From assembly GCF_009914755.1 (NCBI RefSeq), contig NC_060944.1: 64,000 nt of DNA; one strand, given 5' to 3'. The number at the start of each line of letters is the position of its first letter. Position 1 is the stretch's first letter. Below are positions 57,301 to 64,000 of the stretch, piece by piece. The DNA is from the human T2T-CHM13v2.0 reference genome, Homo sapiens. Under the pieces are notes generated by a model. It was not told the origin of the DNA, ran no database searches, and was given only the letters and a program-made list of their open reading frames with translations. Both the position numbers and the translations under genes were made by a program.

Positions 57301-57924
57301 CTTCGTCCCACCCCATGGGTAACCACCATCTGCGGGCAGGAGGCAACCGAGCCGACCAGATTCCATGCCACTCTCCAGCAATACTCAACCAATCCTTGCT
57401 ATCATTTCTTGGTACCATTTGTAATTTGTGGTTTCATATTGCTAAGTCAGTCTCATGGGGAGAAGACAAAAGAAATGGGGCAAATCATCATCATAACAAT
57501 AAAATGGAGAGGCAAGAAGGAGCCCACTTCAGTCCTTTCACTGCCGAGAGCTACTGTCCATGTGAAAGGATGACTTGAATATGATCACATTTTGTCAAAG
57601 CCCCAGACAATTCAGTGTGGAATACACATTCCATAGTTTACCTTTGCTGCAATGAATAACCTATCCAGGAACCACATTCTTGAGACACTGTCTATCGATC
57701 TGCCTCCTTTTACAATCAAGAATCAAATACAGGCGATGGGCATCATTTTCCTTTCAATTGTATCTTTAAAAATGGCTTTTTCAATTTTGCTGCTTTAATA
57801 ATGGCCTGATTTTCACTGTAGATCTCATGAAGGGTATGGCAAGCTCACAGATAAAAACTTATGCTCTAAGAGATAACCCATCTCTCTGATGTCTTGTTTT
57901 TCTGTAGACTCAGAAATATTTCCT

Positions 57925-58100
57925 ACCATGGAGCTTCACTGCCAAAAGGGTGGCCCCGGGGCCACCAGCATTCTTATGGCAAGGGAGCTCCTCAGGAAGA
58001 CAGAATCTTGGGCTCCACCCAGACCAGCTAAAGTCACCTGCATGTTTTATTTAGATCTCCAGGTGATTTGTGTGCTCTTTAAAATTTGAGAAGCTCTGCT
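57925..58100. mobile_element. MER5A
   Basis: ggtggccccggggccaccagcat...cagaatcttgggctccacccagacc...ctccaggtgatt...tttgagaagctctg. Confidence 0.7.
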
Positions 58101-61096
58101 ATAGTGCAGATTGATAGCAGCTGCACTGCACCACATGTGGCATCTGGTCCACGTGATGTCATTCCCAACGAACAACCCCTGCTGCAGCTAGACACCTGGC
58201 TGATGCCCCTTAAGCCAATGAGTCAGAAGCCCACAGAGGCCTATGGTTTATCAGAGGCAAACACAGGCAAAGCATTGCCTCCAACTGGACATTTTGGAGC
58301 TCACTTAGAATATGTTGGCTTATCTTCCACTCCAGTCACTAAAACGCCTTACAAAGAGCCCCTCTAAGGAAGTTTAATTTCAATAGGGACGATGTCAGGA
58401 AGCTTTGGGAGAACCCCGATAAGTTCAACTTTGTTCTTCTGCTTCCTCTCCACACCTCCTTCCCTTTGCCTTACAATGTGTAGTGTTTTATTTAACATTT
58501 TGTAATTGCAGAATGCATTTATGCTTTATTTATCGGATGTCTCTCTATACCTTCTGCCTGATGAAAAATGATGGAGGTGGTGCAATTGTGGGAAGCGGAG
58601 GAAATGAATTTTAGCTAATGTGTTTTTGACATCCAATACATTGTTTTATTTTAGTATCAAGACATACACCTGGTTAGTCGGCCATTTAGAATTACCAGTA
58701 ATTTTGATATTTTCTATTTGACATTTCAGGGCATGGAGCAACTCTGGGAGGGAGAACATTGGTATTTTAAAATCAAGTGCGATACAGGAGTGCAGTTCAG
58801 CTATTTGCTTTGTGCTGATGTTTACGCTACCTACAGGCAAAAAAGGAGGTCTTTTTGAAAAAGAAAAGCACACTTACGTTCTTTATTGAAACATGTAATT
58901 GAGTTCTTTATATATCAGAGAAGCCTATTCATTTGTATTGAATGGTCCTTGAGATATTCTGTCTATTGAAAATTCACATAGCCTCTGTGCAAATGCAGAA
59001 CGTACTCTTGCAATGCCTCCCCCGCCAAAAAGTAATCCTTTTTGGAACAACAGTTTTGATCAATTATTTTAGATGACTATTTGGACAGTTCCAGTTCAGA
59101 AAAGATGATCGACAAAAAGCCAAAAGGATTCTGGCTGCTTTGGATTGACGTGGGTATTTTAGGTTTGTGGCTGTGACGGCAGTGAAGGGAGGTTCCATCT
59201 CTGTCAATTATCTGTTGAAGATATCCACCTATGAATGCTTTGAAGTAGAAAAGTGTGTTCAGTGTAAATTAACTTTAACATTCAAAGATGATGGTTCATG
59301 ATTTATTTTCAAAATAGTGGATCTGTGAAAAATTAACAGCCACAAGATTCCAATTATCTCAATGGCAGTCTAATTTATGTGGCGTGAAGTACTTTAAAAA
59401 AAATCGGGAGGTGTGTTTAGTAAGGCTAAATTGGTGTTGCCTTGCTGGGTCACAGCTTGAAGTCTATCTGAACGACGTGGATCTCATTAAACATCATCAA
59501 CTTAAAATCGCTTAGGTGATAAGAAGGATGAAGATGTAGTTTGGGGCCCAATAGACATTTTTCTTTTGTTCATAAATGTATATCCTCTAGGAGCAGCTCT
59601 GACTTCCTCAAGCAGACAGCACCTTGGAAGACAAGCTGTGAAGGCAGTCAGGTGGGCACATCCCTCAGCCTGGACACCCAGGTCTCTGGCAACCTGACTG
59701 TTAAAAGGAGGTTCAGATCATCAACTCCCTCTTTCCCAGAGCCTTGAGTCCTGGCTGTGTGCAGGTATTGATTTTGGGAAGGAGCTCCGAAATTGATCAA
59801 TATCTGCTGGCAGCTGAAATCTTCAGATATTTGCTAAAGAACCAGATAGTCATGTTTCTGTGGACAGAGAGGGTGGCTGGTGCTCAGGGTTCCATGATTA
59901 AATAATGCCTCATTTAGCTGTTGTTGATAAGTGATGGGTCAACGCAGGAATGGGTGTTTACTGTGATTAATCTAAACAGGAGCAACTCATAATGACCTGT
60001 TCCTTTGGCACCTGTGTAAGTGAAGAAAATTTGTCATTTGCTAGTTTAGAAGCAGTTTCTCACTTCTAATGAGCTCTGCAGACAGAGGGGACTTCAAACG
60101 GGCTTGCAACCACAACCAAAAATATCAAGCTGCTGGAGGAGGTGGAAGACCCTCAGAACACTGTGAGCTTTCCAAGTGTTCTTCCCACACTCAGAAGGAT
60201 TGTAGGAAATGAAATTGTACCGTTAGCAGGCAGCCACATGCTTCAGCACTTCACAGCATCCTGGAGATACACCAAGACCATTCTCTCCCATAGACGTAAT
60301 GCCTGGGGGAACATATGACTTTACAAATTCAGCTAACTAGCTCCATCACATAGTGGCACAGGGCACTCTGGATTCAGAGTGGGCACACAAATTTCTTTCA
60401 CTAGTAAGAGAGAATTCCCAAACAAGACCCCTTTTTACCATTCCACATTCTTTGGAACATATTTTGGGAAGCACTGATACGATAATCTATACTGGCCATC
60501 ACCCCACTTCTAGGATTGTTGACCGATTCTGGCATGTCTTAGAGACAGAGAGTAAGCTGCTGACTACACAATCATAGCTGCAAGGGAGGCAGATTAAGAT
60601 AACCAAAAGGCAGCCACGTCCAGTCAGATGATAACCATGTTAAGGTGAAAAAGTTAAGATTCCAGCAAGTCAAGATAAGATACCCGGAAATCCTTGGCTG
60701 TAACCAGAATCCTTATATTTTAGGTACAGAGTTTTATTTTTAATAGTTTTTTCTATTAAGTTAGGACTTCTGGATTCTCCAAAACACAGCCTAATGAAGT
60801 GAGGAGACACTCGTGTTTGAGTTTCTGCTGGTCTCAGCAGGTAAATACCAGTGTGCACTGAGTCTGTTTACTTACCTGAAAAAGGAAAAATGATCATCCT
60901 TAGCTTACAGGACCCTTGTGCAGAATAATGAAACACAAAATGTGGTATACAGTGAATGACTTGTCAATAAATAGTATATGAAATGGCAAATTGACCTGAT
61001 GGGAATATTATATACAGATATTATATACAGACAGTGGATAAACACAAGGTCTGTATTATATACACACAGTGGATACACACAAGGGTCTGCATGAAT

Positions 61097-61099
61097 CTT

Positions 61100-61160
<61 letters not shown>
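61097..61160 (+). repeat. (TC)n(TG)~23 microsatellite
   Basis: Perfect TG run 61114-61160. Confidence 0.95.
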
Positions 61161-61162
<2 letters not shown>

Positions 61163-62021
61163 CTGTCTGGTAGTCTCAGAACCTTGGCACTGAATGAGGC
61201 TTCTGTCAAACCCTTGGAGAACTTATCTTTTTTTCTGATCTGAGATTGACTTCCTCAATCTGAGATCCTATGTGGTCTTCTTATAAAATTCTTGGGGCCC
61301 ATTCATCTTGTGCCAGCTCTGAATAAAATATACTGAGGAAGCCCCTGAGGAGACAGAGGGATAGTTGTTATTCCTACAGTTTAGCAAATGCACCCGGCTC
61401 ATCGATTTAAGCATAGCCTAACCTTTGAAGAATGTGGGTTCTCCCTAGCAGTAGCATTCTCTAGCAAGCTCAGAGTAGGCAGCAAAATTAGAGCTTGACC
61501 ATTTACAAAGGACTTTCCTACGTATCATTCAGCTCAGTGGCTTTCTGCCTGGGGTTCAATGACAAAGAACTGTGTCCACTCACCGTCATGATCATTGCAA
61601 AGTCTTTTCTTTCATTTATTCCAGGGATCAAAAGTCAGACGGGTCAGATTTGAATTTCTCAGTGTCAAAGAATTAACCAATACCCTCTGGTGGAGGGCAG
61701 GTAGAAGAAGACACTGTAAGGCAAAAAGAGAAAAGCAAGATCTGAAGACATCAATAGAAAACAGGACCATGAGAATTTGCTCCATTTCCTGTGAGTCCCT
61801 TGGTGTTTGGGGCAGTACCTTCTGACATATTAGAGGACCTGTGAAGTATTTTCTAATAGGGTAGAGAACAAGCCCCTTATTACCTGGTGTCAGGATAAAT
61901 TATAGGAATATCAGGCACCTGAAAATAAAATTCCACTCACAGTGTACTATGTTTTCACCCTTAAAATTACCTTTCAAAACATGTGCATTTAGTTGGGCTA
62001 AAGAATTTCATTTTCTGCGCG

Positions 62022-62316
62022 AAGTTTCTCAACTTCACCACTCTTGACATTTGGTGGGGGAGGGCGAGACGGTCTCTGTTGTGAGGGCTGTCCTATTCAT
62101 TGCAGGATGGTGAGCAGCACTTCTGATCACAATCCACTAGATACCGGCACTGCACCACCCCCACAGTCACAATCTAATTTCTCTCTAGACATTGCCAAAT
62201 GCCCCCTGCCAAATGCCATTGCCAAATCTCTCTCCAGACATTGCCAAATGCCCCTTCTTTCTCCTCCCCTCCTCTTCCCCCCTGCAGGGTCAAACCACGC
62301 CTGTTTGAGAAATGCT
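62022..62316. mobile_element. MER20 with internal reiterations
   Basis: tttctcaac...tgacattt...gggctgtcctattcattgcaggatg...ccagacattgccaaatg...gtttgagaaatgctg. Confidence 0.8.
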
Positions 62317-62399
62317 GTGCTAGGGTTTAAAACTTGAGCTCAAGGATACATTCCTGGGGAAGTCTGTTGAGTGGACCCCTTCCTTCCCAGGGAGTAGGC

Positions 62400-63110
62400 T
62401 GCTGCAATCTGCTCCTGTGACTGTAACAAGTGACCACAGACTCAGTGGTTTAGACAGTACGATGTTATTACCTAGTAGTTTTAGAAGCCAAAGTCCAACG
62501 TGGGTCTCACTGGGCTAAAATCAAGGGGATTTCAGGGTTGGTTTCTTCAGGAGGCTCCAGGGTGGAAGCCACTTCCTGCCTTTCCCAGCTTCTGGAGGCC
62601 TCCATGCTCCTAGGCTCGTGGCCGCTTTCTTCGTTTCCAAAGTCATCTGCAGTGAAGGGCCGCATCCTTTCACGCCACATCACTTGGCCTCCCTCTCCTG
62701 CCTCCCACATCACTTGGCCTCCCTCTCCTGCCTCCCACATCACTTGGCCTCCCTCTCCTGCCTCCCACACCACTTGGCCTCCCTCTCCTGCCTCCCACAC
62801 CACTTGGCCTCCCTCTCCTGCCTCCCACATCACTTGGCCTCCCTCTCCTGCCTCCCACATCACTTGGACTCCCTCTCCTGCCTCCCTCTTCCACTCTCGA
62901 GGACCTGCGATGACACGGCCCGCCTGGGAAATCCCGGCCCGCCTGGGAAATCCAGGATAATGTCCCTTTCTTAGGGCCGGCAGGCAGCAACCTAAATTCC
63001 ATTTGCAACCTGCCTTCCCCTTTGCTGTGGAAAGTCACACAGCCACGGGTTCTGGGATTGGATATGGTTAGCCATGGCGGGAGGCGGAGGGAGATTATTC
63101 TGACCACCAC
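62400..63110. mobile_element. MLT1D MaLR LTR
   Basis: tgggtctcactgggctaaaatcaagg...cagcaacctaaattccatttgcaacc...attattctgaccaccac. Confidence 0.85.
62675..62885 (+). repeat. 30-bp x 7 minisatellite (CCACAYCACTTGGCCTCCCTCTCCTGCCTC) inside MLT1D
   Basis: Seven near-identical units read directly. Confidence 0.97.
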
Positions 63111-63429
63111 GGATGCCAAGAAGACTCTTGGAATAAAATCCAAACCCATAACGTGGTCCATGAGCCCTGCCTGATAGAAACTGCTCACCGCAACTTCCTT
63201 TTTTACTCCCACAGCCACGCGGCCCTTCCGGTCCTCAAATACGCCCCTTTCCAAGGCCTTTGCCTTTGTGGCTTTGTTTTATTTTTGAAAACTTTAGGGA
63301 ATAAAAAGGAGAGCTGGTGCTACTCTAAGAAACGCATAGCCGTTGTCAAGAATTCAGTGGTACTTTTGGTTTCTTATGTTTGATTAGGATTCCATAGTGT
63401 CCTGCCTCTTGCTGGGCCCCCGGCACAAC

Positions 63430-63960
63430 ATGTGTGGGTGTGTAAGTATGCATGTGTATGTGTTCGTGTGTGTGTATGTTCATGTGTCTGTGAGTACACG
63501 TGTGTGTTTAGGTGCGTGCGTGTATGTGTATGTGTATGTGTGTGTGTGTATGTATATGTGATGTGAGTGTATGTGTGTGCATGCGTGTATATGTGCGAGT
63601 ATGTGTGCAAGTGTGTGCACGAGTGTGTACGTCTGCAAATGTGTTTGTGTTTCTACGTGTGTGTAGTGTGTATACGAGTGTCTTGTATGAGTGTGAGTGT
63701 ATACGTGTGAATGTATGTGTATGTGTACTTGTGTGTGTATCTGTGTGAGTATATGTGAATGTAGGTGTGTGTGTATGTGTGCGAGTATGAGTACACGTGT
63801 GTGTGTGTGTGTGTGGGTATGTGAGTGTGTGGGGGGTGTATGTGTGTTGAGAGTGTGTGTTGTATGTGTATGTGTGCAAGTGTGTGTGCATGCGTGTGTG
63901 TGGATATGTGCATGTGAGTATGTGTGTGTGGAAGTGTGTATGTGTGTGTATGGGTTTGTG
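63430..63960 (+). repeat. ~530-bp degenerate (TG/TA/CG)n alternating purine-pyrimidine tract
   Basis: Read directly. Confidence 0.92.
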
Positions 63961-64000
63961 TTTCTCCTGGATCTTGCTCCCTCGGAGCTGCCTGACTGTC

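Noticed and set aside
62507-63254. Repetitive ORFs (WEAGEGGQVM, HITWPPSPAS, GGRRGRPSDV)
   Set aside because: Translations of the stop-free 30-bp VNTR, with no evidence of coding.
63374-63913. His/Thr- and Val/Cys-rich ORFs
   Set aside because: Artefacts of the (TG)n tract.

Overview
Primate, most likely hominoid (it carries an L1PA2 and an AluY), non-coding genomic DNA. No host protein-coding gene, RNA gene or CRISPR array is recognisable. The only long ORF is a frameshifted, 5'-truncated L1 ORF2. The left ~43 kb is dense in nested repeats: Alu, L1PA2, L1PA16-like, old L1M, L2, MIR, MaLR/ERVL LTRs, hAT MERs and a Ricksha MULE. The ~43.5-60.7 kb part is comparatively repeat-poor and has TAAT/SOX/PBX-HOX-rich blocks that resemble developmental-gene-desert enhancers. 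The best finding is an L1PA2 insertion with a ~240-bp 3' transduction: a perfect 15-bp TSD (AGCAACATCATTTCT, 28903-28917 and 32391-32405) brackets the L1, its tail, unique DNA and a second poly(A). Other findings are a Ricksha element carrying an ERVL polypurine tract plus MLT2B LTR and a FLYWCH transposase relic; a 23-bp-inverted-repeat-bounded inversion scar beside it; two minisatellites born inside MaLR LTRs (76-bp x4, and 30-bp x7 carrying the CCTCCCT hotspot core); and several templated-duplication scars. Repeat subfamily names come from remembered consensus sequences, and most boundaries of old elements are approximate. I could not identify the locus, and I found no evidence of a novel coding system.
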